Part shown: piece by piece, positions 13,428 through 26,251 of the stretch
Layout of the letters: every line of letters starts with the position of its first letter
How positions within the stretch are numbered: position 1 is the first letter of the stretch
Assembly (NCBI RefSeq): GCF_022045235.1
Contig: NW_027266267.1
Span: 33,356,001-33,420,000 of the forward strand
DNA from: Haliotis cracherodii
Taxonomy: Eukaryota
Direction: 5' to 3'
DNA: 64,000 bases
Program-made: the position numbers and the translations under genes
Notes under the pieces: generated by a model
Database searches by the model: none
Seen by the model: the letters and a program-made list of their open reading frames with translations, nothing else
Told to the model about the DNA's origin: nothing

Positions 13428-14470
13428 CTGTGCAAGACGAAAGAGTTACATAAAGTTTATGATCAGCTTTTCACTTACAATGAAACACACAGCACATTGA
13501 CATTCATTGTCACTGGCACATCGCATGTGACATCGCCTGAATTTGCAAGACAAAACGCTTGAAAAATTAACCAGCTTGTGTTCTTCATTTGGATATTTCA
13601 TTTGATACGTTCATAGCCTATCATAGTGAGTGAATGAGTTAAAACTGTACGTCACATCGGCAATATTTCAGGCATATCGTGACGAGTAAAAAGTATACAT
13701 TGATAATAAATTATTTAAATTGTATTAAATTATGTCACAGGTTGTAGTTGAAACTAGACCCAGAGTATGTAAAAGAATAAACTATCAAATAACAGCACAA
13801 TAGAAAAAGGTCTATAAATCGCCGTCATCATACTACCTCTGCTTCCTGCACAGTTCCCCAGTGGGATTTGTACCACCCCTTCAGCTGCTGGCCATTGTAT
13901 GCAAGTTAAGCCATCAATGTAAAATAACAAATATACTATTTTTAATAGTCTGGCACGCATTAAAATACTTTGAATGTCGTGGAACTTACACACCGTCTTA
14001 GCGGACAATAATTTTACTTTACTTCAATCCACCTCGAGGGTACATCTACTAACAATCTAAGTTACTAAGGGGCGAACCATTTGATATTTAGGAGTGGCTT
14101 CGGTTTTTGGGGTAGAGTCATGGGTTTTTTCTTTTCAATTTTAGGGGCTGTTTTTCTACTTCAAAGAGAACTTCTTTTTTTACAACACATTTCAAATTCA
14201 ACCTATGGAAAAAATGTTAAACTTTTCTGATTGTTCACTAAAACATAATAACTGCCGAGATGTAGGTGATGTTAAAACAGTGGATACAGTAGGATGATAG
14301 AGCACTCTTGGGAGATGTGAAACCAAGTGTGAGGTGTTCTTCAAATTGACAGAGAACTAGTCAACGTGACATGTTTCATAACTACTGGTGGATTGTACTA
14401 AGATTCAGGATGATGTGGTGCCAGGCCAGCGACCCATATACACGTACATACGTAAGATCCGGCGACATAC

Positions 14471-14610
14471 AGCGACGTTTCGATTTAGGTTCTAACACCG
14501 TCATCAAGCAAAGATAACTTGCTTGATAACGGTGTTAGAACCTACACTGAAACGTCGCTCTTAATTGTAATAAAGAAGTTGTTCATCCATAAATTCTTAT
14601 CCTTACTTGT
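14471..14610. mobile_element. Penelope-type foldback: two inverted hammerhead-like motifs plus terminal sequence
   Basis: 41-bp arms at 14471-14511 and 14519-14559, consensus gc-TTGATGA-c-ggtgt[tagaacct]acacc-GAAAC-GTC-gc. Followed by aataaagaagttgttcatccataaattc, as in the other Penelope termini. Confidence 0.65.
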
Positions 14611-14899
14611 TAAGGGTCATGCCAGGAAGGGGCTTATGATCAGAGCGCATAGGCCGAACGTTTGCTGTATACATTAAACAGACAGGAGACAGAATTGCAG
14701 TGCACTTTGGGGAACATTTTGGAACTTTTTAGGTATTTTGGATAAATAAAGTTTTAAAGAAACCTATTGAAGTGGTTTGCACAATAGCAATACCCCGATG
14801 CACATCGTGGAGCTTTTGTCTCCTAAACCGTTATACAAATACTGAAAGTACACGAATACAGTAATCAGCATATCTCCAATCACAAAGATCAGGTTTTGC

Positions 14900-15640
14900 C
14901 TCAGATAGGCCAAAATTAGGCCACACTCACTTACATCATCACAAAATACCAACAGGGGACTCCAGACCCATTTGACTCTCTTTTTATAGGCAAAACGCAG
15001 CCATTAGGAAATAATGTCCCAGACAGGTGCAGGAAATGTTAGGAGCCAATATCACTCCTCCCAGATCTTCTGAATTGCACTCTCCGTTGGCCTTAAAAAG
15101 TGATAGCACTTACCACTTTGCCGTAGATTATAGACGCCTCAATGCAGTTACCAAGCCTACATATTTCCCTCCACAACGTTGTGAAGCTGACGTTGATGCC
15201 GTAGGCGACAGCCATGCCAAATTTGTATTGTCCTTGATTGTGCTAGTGTCTTTTAGCAAATACCAATCCATCCACATAGAAAACAAAAGTTCGGCCTTCA
15301 TTACACCCGATGGTGTTCTTGAAAGGAATCGCCTCCCTTTCGGCCTAAAAAATGTTCCCATATAACTTTGGCAAACCATTTCAGAGCACTAATAGATGTG
15401 AATTGGCATTACATATCAATATATGTAGATGGCATCATAATATTTTCTGAAACGTTTTCGGAATGTTTGAATCTACTCAAGGCAGTATTCTAGAAAAAAA
15501 GATCAATGAAGCAGGACTCATTCTACAACCAAGCAAATGAAATTCGCAATAAAACAGGTCCCGTAATAAATAAGGGTTACGGGCATAATGTATCTCATGG
15601 TCATGTCTCCATGTCAAAGATTATCGCTTTGATCACGAAA
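14900..15640 (+). mobile_element. Ty3/Gypsy reverse transcriptase relic
   Basis: FAVDYRRLNAVT, SAFITPDG...RLPFGLKN and IYVDGIIIFS; frameshifted. Confidence 0.85.
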
Positions 15641-15659
15641 TACTCTGTATTGATGAGGA

Positions 15660-17720
15660 TGGTCATATTGCGGCCGAGACTTTTTATCGAAGCTGAGATA
15701 TTTTTTTCAAGCAGATGGAGGCTGAGTTTTTTATTGGGATAAGAAGAGGTATAACATATTTGAGTGGTGCTTTTGCAGCAGCATCGGCCATTGTGTTACC
15801 AGATGATTCCAACATGGCTGGGTAAGCAACAAAAGACAATGTCATATTGGCCAGTAGCAAGATCATTATTTAAGTCAAGAATTTGGATTAAAAGTGGATG
15901 TTTAAAATACATATTGTTAATCGATTGAAGGCATGATAGAGAAACTGAAACAATAATGAATTGTGTATGTTTAGATTGGTTATTGATAAATGTTAGAGCT
16001 GTTAAAATGGAATTATTTTCTGACAATCGTGAAGATACTTTTCTTGATCCACTGACAGTAACATTCATAAGTGTCATAAGTGTTTCTTAATAGATTGTAT
16101 TCTTATTTATAAATTAGTGGGTGTCTGATTTCTTAAGTTTACTTGATGACATTTGGGCTTACCATTTGCCAAGGGGTGATGAAATCGGTTTAGTGGGGGC
16201 TATATCTTGGAGGTTAATATCAGAAGCAGAACTGGCAGTTTTGATTCTGAGAATAAAATTTGGTGATGTATTTAAGGATATTTTCAGACGGCAATATTAA
16301 AGGGGTGACTCATCCGCCTCGACTTACAGACTTTGAACTGACTTGAGAAAGTCGAAGGCTCCAAGGCAAAGCCTCAGGCCTTGAAGATAGATAGCATCCA
16401 GTTTTTGACAGTTACTTTTACATGCTCCACAATAGAGAATTGAGTCACAGTCACGTTTAGATGGACTAGTGACCTTTACAAATGTAAGAGGGCTGCCTGA
16501 TCCACTCACCAATTAGAATTAGAAAGTACTTCAACAATTCGAGTGTCTTCAGAAATTTAGACATTATCTAAAATATGGTAAGAAAGTTAAATGGCTCTCA
16601 AAGATGAGTCCCAAGTATTTGGCCTCCTTCACAACGTTGATAGGGGTGCCATTCAGAAATAATTCAGGGTCCTTATGTGGCTTATGTCTTCTGCAGAAAT
16701 ATATACAGTTAGTTTTTTATTTTGAAAATTAAAAACTGGTTTTCAAGAGACCATTTGTGAATTTTGTAGACTTGTAACTGCCTCTCCATTGTATGCATAT
16801 TTTTACCACAACAAGAAATATTAAAATCATCCACGAAAAGTGATCCATCTACTCAATCACTTGAAACCTTTGAAAGACTATTTATTTTTATACCAAATAG
16901 AGTGATAGACAAAATACTGCCTTGGGGGACACCCTGATCCTGATTATAATGGTCAAACAGGGTTGTACCCACTCAGACTTTGCCTGTCTGTTAAAAACTT
17001 TGATATAAAATGACCTAAACGACATCTCAAGCCAAAGTCATGTTGATCCTTTAAAATGCTTCCAGGTAGTATCATAAGGTTTCTCAAGATCAAAGAAAAC
17101 TGATACTACGTGTTGTTTATTTGCAATAGCATTTTTCACAAATGATTATAATCGTACTAAATGATCAAGAATACTTCTATTTTTCCTAGAAACCCTCATT
17201 GAATATTTGTGAGAAGATCATTGGTTTATTATCTAATATTCACCATTCATTCCAACTGGTTAAAGAGATAATTAGAGGGACCTGTATGATCCCGGCCATG
17301 TGTTGGTATGGAAACTTCAATGGAATTTTACCACGAAGGAGGAACATTCCCTGAAGCCCACATGATTCAGGCAATGCTCAATAGCTGATAGTAGACATTG
17401 TCATCCTCTGCTGCAGTGCCATCAGCTTTCCCAAGAGCGGTATGTGGCTCATGCAAAGAAAATACTTTATTGCAATCTTCACTTTTATTACAAGCGTTTG
17501 TCTTTTCCTGTTGTTTCTGCTATCACTGAAACTCAGGGACATACTTTGTTGATGTGGACTTTTTGGCAAGAGTTTCACCAAGTGTATTTGCCATGTCAGA
17601 TTTATCAGTTATCATTGTGTCACCATCTTTGAGATGGTTAACAAGAGATTAAAAAAACTTTGCCTTTTATATTTTTAACCATGCACCACACTTTGGACAC
17701 GGGTGTGTGTTAAATCTATT
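15660..17720 (-). mobile_element. Degenerate I/Nimb-type LINE (RT + RNase H relic) in gene 1 intron 1
   Basis: Fragments QGVPQGSILS, LFVDDF, LDAIYLQGLRLCLGAF, FCCLPSHVGI and GNTMADAAAK, with many stops and frameshifts. Confidence 0.8.
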
Positions 17721-17929
17721 TTTGAGACACAAATTATGAACTCTAGGATAATTGCGGAAGTATATTTTCCTACACTTTCTTGCTTGTTTGCATTCAACAG
17801 TGCTACAGCAAATTAGTTACATTTATTTACCAAATCACTAGCAGAGAAAATAAACATTCCCATATTTGGTAAAGTATTCGAATTGTTCTCAGACATTACA
17901 ATGTTGAATTTGTGTAAACTGGGAATATA

Positions 17930-18970
17930 TACTGAACCGCAAAAGAAACGTCATCATGGACAGATATATGAGAAACCTTATTTGTCCAAACACTGTTTTT
18001 TTGCATGTTTGTTGTTAAACGCCGCTCTCAGCAATTGTCCAGCTATATGACGGCAGTCTGTAAATAACTGTGACTGGGCCAGACAATCCAGTGATTGACA
18101 TCATCAACATCGATCCACGCACTTGGGATCGATGACATCCATCAAACAAGTCAGCGAGCCTGACCACCCGAGCCCGTTAGTGGCCTCTTATGACAAGAAT
18201 AGTTGCCTTTTACGGCAAGCATGGTTTGCTGAAGATCTATTCTACCCCGGATCTTCACAGGTCCCAAACACTGAAGACATACTTTGAGATATATTAAAAA
18301 GATGAAGCTTGGCAAAACTGATCATCAAGGGTCAAATGTTCTTAAAGTGAATCACAACACTAGTCTCTGGGAAAATGGCATCACAATTCAGTATCTTTTG
18401 TGTCCGCCATGTGCATTGATGACTGCCGTGCTTGTCGATACATGGAATGAATGAGGCGGTTGATGAAAGCCTGGTGCAGTTCAACTGCAGTTGTCGGCCT
18501 CTTTCGGACGTCATTCAGCCGTCTTTGAATCTCGTCCAACAGGTGCTCAAGGGGATTTAAATCGGGACTGAGGGCACGCCACTGCATGGTTCTGATGCCA
18601 ATCTGCTGGAGGAAGTTTCTTGTTGCTCTCGCAGTGTGGGCACGGGCGTTATCATGCTGAAACTCGTGGTTGCGGTGACCTGCCAAATGAGGTACGGCGA
18701 GTGGTCTCAAGACTTGATCAATGTTCTGAGCTGCTGTGACACCATTGCCTCTCCCTGGACCGATGTTCTATCAGTCAAGTTGATAATCACAATAAAATTT
18801 ACGTCCTCACAGCGGCCCAACAGCTAACATTGTGTACACAAAGCCTTTGGCCATGTATGTTTAGGGTAGTTGTCGTTAATGTACACATTCACGCGCCACA
18901 GTTCAGGTGAGTTAAAGTTGGTGAAAACTAAGTTTCAGGAAGAATGCATGTTCAGAATAGCTTCGTAAAG
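17930..18970 (-). mobile_element. Tc1-family remnant (one TIR) with an inserted SINE
   Basis: FQHDNARAHTAR...WRALSPDLNPLEHL; TIR-like tactgaaccgcaaaagaaacg. Right boundary uncertain. Confidence 0.8.
17996..18263 (-). mobile_element. SINE family 1, inserted in the Tc1 remnant
   Basis: 10-bp TSD ccaaacactg at 17986-17995 and 18264-18273. Confidence 0.9.
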
Positions 18971-19084
18971 AGGAAGATACACAAGCATTATAAAACCTGC
19001 ATTAGTCCGGAAACGTACAAGAAGTACTTTACAGCTTTATAGAATTTAAGTCTTTGAAAGGCATTTAGAAGTGACACATATGAA

Positions 19085-19171
19085 GAAGAGAATTTATGGA
19101 TGTCAACTTCTATGTTATGAGGAAATTATGCTTCCTCATAATAAAGACGTTGACATGCATAAATTCTCTTC
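19085..19171. repeat. 87-bp foldback built from the Penelope terminal sequence
   Basis: 40-bp arms gaagagaatttatggatgtcaacttctatgttatgaggaa / ttcctcataataaagacgttgacatgcataaattctcttc. The left arm is near-identical to 1770-1809. Confidence 0.85.
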
Positions 19172-19476
19172 CTGAATAGAATTTGCTAGTTCAAACATTT
19201 GTGTCGTGATTTTGAATACAAATCATATATTATAAACCGGTGGCCACGGTATCTCTTTTCGTCCCTTAAACTCATTGGTTCGGGCCCCAAGACAATCCTT
19301 GGTCAGCATCACCCTCGTGGTCGTGGGTTTTACTCATGCAGGTCCTCGACCTGCTCTACTGTGCTAAAAGAGATATAACTGAAATACAGTTCACGGCACA
19401 TTACATTTTACGCACTCAATCACTTAATTCCATACTTGAAACGTTTAATGTTCATACACACAACAACATGTCTAAC

Positions 19477-19765
19477 CTTTGACTTTCCAGAAATGTTTGG
19501 AGCTGAGGTATAATTTGGTTCCAGGACTTAGTACACTTGTGTACATGTGGCATGTGTTATCATGGTAGGTTAAAGCCCAGCACCAGTTCCACCGTGAACA
19601 CAGGCCACAGCAGTCCCTCACACTACGTACAGCCATGCTTCCTGCTGATGATTGTCGTACGCCTAATATTTCGAGCCGTATAAAGTTATCAACAATGTTA
19701 GAACTTTCGCATAGAACCACAACGACGCATAGATTCACCATCCACCACGTCTCCATCTTAAACAT
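19477..19765 (-). CDS. Gene 1 exon 1: signal peptide + PAN/apple-like domain of a secreted PAN-EB-PAN protein
   Basis: ATG at 19765 (alternative 19756) gives MFKMETWWMVNLCVVVVLCESS (hydrophobic leader), then ...SVRDCCGLCSRWNWCWALTYHDNTCHMY (PAN-type Cys spacing). Ends AAA G|gttaga, a phase-1 donor that joins the 13427 exon in frame. Confidence 0.75.
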
Positions 19766-21036
19766 TCCAAGCTTCCAAACGAATGCCAAATAATACTCTG
19801 TGTCTTCTGTTTGAGTCAGACTGAATTTTTAATATGCATGTGTATTTTAATTCCTGTTAACAGAAGTATCTTCAAGGAGTGATGACTTTGAAAGACTCTC
19901 TTTGGAATGTGAAAGAGGAATGTTAGATGCAATTGATTTAAACCAAACGGGAACTTTGGATTTTACACCTTTAGATTACCATGGATTTCATTTTTTATCT
20001 CGGAAATATAGTAATGGCAGCATTGAGATATGAAAACACATGACATTTAGATTAGTTTTATTATCCAATGAAGTTGGCATAATAAAAGCGAGTAAAACCA
20101 TTTCCATATTCACAAGAAATCAAGACTAAAGGCAGACCTTGTTGTATCATACCGGTTATATCAAAAACATAGGTAAATAAATCACTATCAAATACTGATC
20201 AGGGCAGGTGTTCTTGAAAAGGCGGCATATCCTGCCCTACCTGTGGCAACCATCACAAACACATACAAAGGCAAGTAGGTCATTCACCATTTTGTTTTCA
20301 AGGCATAAGATGCCAGGCAGGTGATATTCTGAAATTCTGAATTTTCTGAAAAGAATGGGTTTTTGAGAAAAAACAAACTGAAAAAAAGGATGTTTTGAAG
20401 CATTGGCTGAAAAAGGTATTTTTTCCCAATTCTGCAGAATAAATGTAAATCTTTTTGGTCACACACCGTTCATTACATCTTTAATAAAACTTGTGAGTGA
20501 GTGAATCTGTATGAATCTCCCAATGGCCTCTGAAAGCATGACACGTGACGAGCGACCAGCGACCACTACCCCAGTTTCGACGCTGTGGGGCGGCACAACG
20601 CGTGGTCGTCGATCAAGGAGATGAGCTGCATGTAGACGATTTAAGATATCAGCAAATTAATTCGCCGTTTGAGCTCGATTTCGAAGAACGTGGTTTCGAG
20701 TTAATCGATCCTGTCCTCTTGCCCATAGGGTTAGGGTTAATATTTTGGGTTTGTTGGTACCTGTTCCATAGTCTGCTAATCATAGACTGTGAAACATTTA
20801 ACGTATTGGGCACTGACTACTGGCAGTCTCCAGCATGGCAATAGCACGTAAATGCTCCGCGCGTTACAGATGCTGCATCACTAGTTCATACAAAAACAAT
20901 GAAGGAAATCAAGGTAATTCACTTCTGTGAGATAAGCAAATTGACAGAAATAAATATCCACAGAGATTAATCTACCTTCCATAAAAGTGACAAATGAGGG
21001 ATGGCGCCCAACTGCGTATGGCACGTGCAAACTATA

Positions 21037-21302
21037 GTTTGTTTGTTTGTTGTTTAACGCCGCACTCAGCAATTTTACAGCTACATGTATAAGACATGTA
21101 AATAATCGAGTCTGGACCATACAATCCAGTGATTTACGTCATGAACATCTATCCACGCAATTGAGATACGATGACATGCATCAACCAAGTCAATGAGCCT
21201 GACCATCCGATTCCGTTAGTCGCCTCTTACGATAAGCGTAGTCGCCTTTTACTGAAAGCATGGGTTGCTGAAGACCTATTCTACACCGGATCTTCACGGG
21301 TT
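21037..21302 (-). mobile_element. SINE family 1
   Basis: Full-length similarity to the other copies. Confidence 0.9.
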
Positions 21303-22546
21303 ACAATAGGATGTGCTTTGGTGTTATGCTTTACCGGCATCAACATGTTTGTCATCAACACTAATCTTTGTTATTATACATGGCATATCTATATTTCATG
21401 AAATCGTAACTACGATATCAAAATACTCTTCGTTAAATTATTAACGGAGTGTATTCTCGATTATTGTACGATACCCGATCGCACGCCTTACACTTTTAGT
21501 TGATATGTTATCTGTAGAATGAGTGAGTGAGTGAGGTTTGACTTCGCGTGTTGAGACGTGGATCACGTCAATGACATCACGTGGTTTTAGTTTCTAAAGA
21601 ATGATAATATTCGTTTTTGACTGAACTGAACTGACCTAGAACTTAGAACATCACGATTGGGAAGATTTCAACGGTGACCCAATCGACCGCTTGACTATTG
21701 ACATTGTATATGGCGATATAACAGCTACATCACGGAAGCCTGAACAATGGGGCCTGCACTTGATAACACTAGCAAGTCCCACATGATGGGATGGTAACAC
21801 ACAATTTGTCAGTTGCAACTCACAGATTGTGACCATTCAAACCTGATTTTAGTCGCCGGATAAGGATATGATGAGTGAGCTGGATTTAACGCCGCTTTTA
21901 CCAGTATTCCAGTTATATCACGGCGTGTCAGCTTAAGGTGGGGGCAAAGCCCGAAGTTGCAATGTTTTGCACTGAAACGTTTCCACTTTCTTTGGATTTC
22001 ATGTGTGTGAGAAAATTCATACTCGTGTTCTCAATTTGCCACATGGTCTGACAGCTGCAGATGAGCTGGCGGGGATGTAGATCGCTGTCATCACATGTCT
22101 TCTACCGCAACAAGTCTGTATCTCATTTACTTAAGATTTATTTTTTGGGGATAAGCATAATAAAAATAACCAAGAATTTGAAATCTTATCACCAGACAAC
22201 ATAAAAAGAAGAAACCTTACTGTCCTCCATTGGAATCTTCCGAAGGAGTAGATTTATTATTTTGAATCACTGTCTTGGTGATTAAAGAGACAAAGGTTGA
22301 CTGCTACAAGCAGCTTTGTGATGAATAATGACGTTGAAATATTCATGATCCAGAGTAAGAAATATTCGATATGACTGTCACTAAATTTGAATACTGAATA
22401 CAAAACCGAACGTCAACTAGACTGTCTTTTTGTCTGATGCTGTGCAATGTCAGTGTGAGCATTGTTGGGACTATTTAGCCATATTTCACGTTTTAGCCTA
22501 TGGAAATGCCCGTCAGCCGGAAATTGTTTTTATCAATAATGATTTA

Positions 22547-22786
22547 GTTTGTTTGTTGTTTACCGTCGCACTCAGCAATGTTCCAGCTATATGACGACAG
22601 TCTGTTAATAATTGAGTCTGGACCAGACACTCAGTGATTGACATCATGATCATCGATCTACGCAATTTGGAGACGATGACGTGCATCAACCAAGTCAGGG
22701 AGTCTGACCACCCGATCCCGTTAGTCGCCTTTTTACGTCAAGCATGGGTTGCTTAAGACCCATTCTACCAAGGATCTTCACGGGTC
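22547..22786 (-). mobile_element. SINE family 1 (variant lacking the 22-bp internal duplication)
   Basis: Full-length similarity to the other copies. Confidence 0.9.
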
Positions 22787-23330
22787 TATCACTAAGGAAA
22801 GAACACTGACACTGAAACCTGTATGGAGGTAACCGGGTTTTCACAGCAATTTATCATACATACTGTCATTCGTATTGTAGCACAATTTTTGAAGCAGTTT
22901 GTGTATGAAGGAATCACGACCAATTCCCTCAATTTTGTTTTGACGTCCAAAACACTGACAATTTCATCGGGATTTTTTATCGGTAAGTTATACTCACGGA
23001 CAATTCTCAATGAATATACCCTTTGACATAAATCTCACATGTTTATCATCATGAGGATATTATTTTCCGATGATTTATTGGACATATAGATTTCAAACTT
23101 GCCACATTTTGGTACTTCCATCTTACGATTAATGCAGAAAAAAGCGAAATTAGAATACCGGCACTTTCACCGATTAAATGGCTAGGCAGTGCATTACATT
23201 TTGCCGAATTTAGATACTGTTGGATAGACACAGATATGCCACAAGCATTAGCCAGGAAAGAGATAAACAAAAGAAAGGTGATTTTTTTTATGACTTTCAG
23301 ATATTCATACTGATGCTCCCAGCGCAAAGT

Positions 23331-23355
23331 CCCCCCCCCCCCCCCCCCCCACCCC

Positions 23356-23424
<69 letters not shown>
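23331..23424. repeat. Poly-C run followed by a (CA)n microsatellite
   Basis: Read directly. Confidence 0.95.
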
Positions 23425-23426
<2 letters not shown>

Positions 23427-23429
23427 CGT

Positions 23430-25320
23430 AGCATTTTCAAGATGGCCGCCATTTCCAAGCTGGCCACCTTTAGTTTTAAAGAGAAATGAAATTTTGTAGT
23501 TTTATGATATCATGCAAAATATCGAACGAAATCTCTTTTCGTGGTATTTCCATACGTGCTTCATTTAGCTATGCGCGACAATTAGAATTTTTTAGCAGCA
23601 GTTAAAGAGTTATTATGCAATTATATTAACGTTTAACGGTAAGGTTGGTTAAAATAACAAATGTTCACTGTTTCACATCTTAACTACAATTTGTATTTTA
23701 TTTTATTTTAAATATAGTGCATCTTTAGTGCACATTTCATCTTTGTTTTCCAGTAGTGCTTTCAGTTACTAATCTCTTATAGGTGGCATGGAAATGGCTG
23801 CCAACACTATGCCCCGAACATTGTAACCTGTATGATGACAGGTCACACATATGCTCCTGCAATCCGTGCTAATCTGTAACTACAGCAGCCACCATAGTGG
23901 AGCCGTTTCTTGACAGATATAGTGTTAATTGTGCACTTTGGGACAAAAAGCATGAACATTATTTAAGGTGTAGGTAATTACATTCCAAATATTTTCAGAT
24001 ATAGGACCACCTTAGAAAGTTCAATATGGCCGCCATGGGGGAATGGCATTATAGTATATCTTGTGAACATGAGAACCTAAATGTATATGGAAAGATAACA
24101 TTTTGGAATATATTTACCCACCACTACATATGTTAAGTAATAAGTTTATCACAATAGACTGTTTATGTTGAATTAAGAAATTAGGCATTTCTTTCTTTTT
24201 CGGCATATTATTTTTTCAAAATATGCTGCAAATGGCTCATGGTTTTGGTTAGTTAGGGACAATAAAATGTGATCTCAGTTGCCACAACATTTGCAAAGAA
24301 GTGTGCCAATTACATGTGCTACAACACAACCACGCCTTGCCCAGCTCATCCTCTCATACTCACAGCTACATCTCCGAAGCTCATGGCATGACTTAGAAGC
24401 TTGTGGTAGTGTAGTCACCAAAGGGCCATAGTCATGTGCAACAGACATTACCCATCCTCTCTCAGCTGGTGTGGGACGTCTGTGTCGGCCTCCAGACAAC
24501 AGCCCCAACAGTGGCCACCTTGAAAAACAGCTCTGTGTTGGTACAATGCAGCTAATGTAGAGGAATAGAATCAATTGATCTACCTTTCTTCGTGTATAAG
24601 TCTTTGCGTGCTTGTACAGATACTGGCCCAATCATTCATTAATACCACAAAACGTGAATGCCTGGCGTCATGTTCATCACAGGGGGTTTGGCTGGTTCAT
24701 CATAATGAGAATGAAAGCCTCTGCTGCTTCATCAAACACATTCGATGTTTTCCAAGCTGGTGTTAATTTTTGCCCTTTGCTGCAAATAAAGATGTCTGGT
24801 CACAGCCAGTAAAGCTCGAAGTGAACATGCTATCTCTGGTCTATGGAATCCTGCATAGGACACGTACAGCCAAATATCTAAATTGTTTGCCAGTTCCAAA
24901 AGCTATCATGTAGTGAGACACACCTATTCTGTCAAACAATGCAATGGCCAGGGCAATGACATCAGTATCAACTGTTAGAGTCAAAATACTATAATGACCC
25001 TGTCTGGCAGCATTAGACGTGCGCAATAAGGCTCTTGAGTCAGCTTCTTAATCTGGACATGAATGCAGATTATTGACAAACTGTTTACAGTAAGTGCGTA
25101 TAATTTGCTTATCCCCAAATGCTTATGAAATTTATGTATTAATCTCCCACCCAACAGGCAACAAAGGGCCCACAACAGATGCCAGTGCAGTTAGAGACCA
25201 AATCGAACACCTTCGTGCTGTAATAATTTTCGCTTCTTGGCCACAGAAATTTTCTTTTTCATCAATGTACGCATTGGTTTGCAATGTTGTTGTGAACGTT
25301 GACGTGGCTGTGTCGTCCTG
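23430..25320 (-). mobile_element. Academ-like DNA transposon relic (XPG/PIN-type nuclease + Cys-rich C-terminus)
   Basis: EADSR...TVDTDVIALAI...AFGTGKQFRY and GW...PLVTTLPQASKSCHELRRCSC...LCKC. aagatggccgcc motifs occur in the adjacent non-coding arm. Superfamily assignment is from memory of motifs. Confidence 0.6.
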
Positions 25321-25519
25321 GAAATCGGATCGGACGGAGCATGTGAGTTATTATTTAGCGTCACATCGACAATATTTCAGCCATACCGTGACGAGTAGTT
25401 TTACAATATAATACATATATTTAGACTAAACAAAAACCTGTCATAAGGGGAGAGTACAATAATCACAGATTCGTTGAGTAGGTTGGAATCAGTTAGAGAC
25501 AATTCTAGAATAGAGCAGG

Positions 25520-26000
25520 TGCCACTTGCAGGGTGTAGGTAAGTGTTGGAATCATCATTAAATAAGCACATTATAATAAGTCATTAAAAGATGAAATCCT
25601 CAGTTATTTTACCTTTATTGTTGGTATCAACCCAGAGTGGGTTGTGGCCATTTAGATCACCAATGATTACACAGGGTTTGGGGAGTTGATCATAGAGAGC
25701 TTGAAGATCAGACTGCTGGAGAGCTGATGAAGGCGGAATATACAGTGAGCTCAGAGTAAAAGAAACGTTCAAAGTAAGTCGAACTGCAACGGCTTGGAGA
25801 TTAGTTTTATGTGTAACAGGGCTATGGATAACATCATGCCTCACAATGATTGAAGAACATCCAGTGCCCCTAACATCTGGAGGAGAACAATAATGATAAG
25901 CATTGAACTGACGTAGGTAAAAATGATCTGTCTGCTTCAGACAGACAGGTTTCTTGGAAGCAGAACTAGAAGGGTTCAGTTGGCTTTGTGGAGAGTTGTG
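25520..26000 (-). mobile_element. LINE AP-endonuclease fragment
   Basis: LQAVAVRL...SLYIPPS...LPKPCVIIGDLNGHNPLW. Confidence 0.8.
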
Positions 26001-26251
26001 GACAGCCTTGTTGGCCAGCTGCTTGGGCTGTTGGCTTCTACAACCTACATTGGGACCTTCTACCGTATCTCCCACAACAACAGTGTTGCCCATTCCTTCC
26101 CCTACCCCTTCGTTTCAAGTCGTGTTCCAACACGAGTGTGTTGTCTTGACTTGAAAATGAATATCATTGCAACGGCACGATACCAATATGTGGGTTTATG
26201 GATAGTCCACCCTCATGGTAACGACCTGTTCCTTCTGACACCTTGAATAGG

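Noticed and set aside
20724-20740. TTAGGG telomere-like motif
   Set aside because: Only about two units; not an array and no support for a chromosome end.
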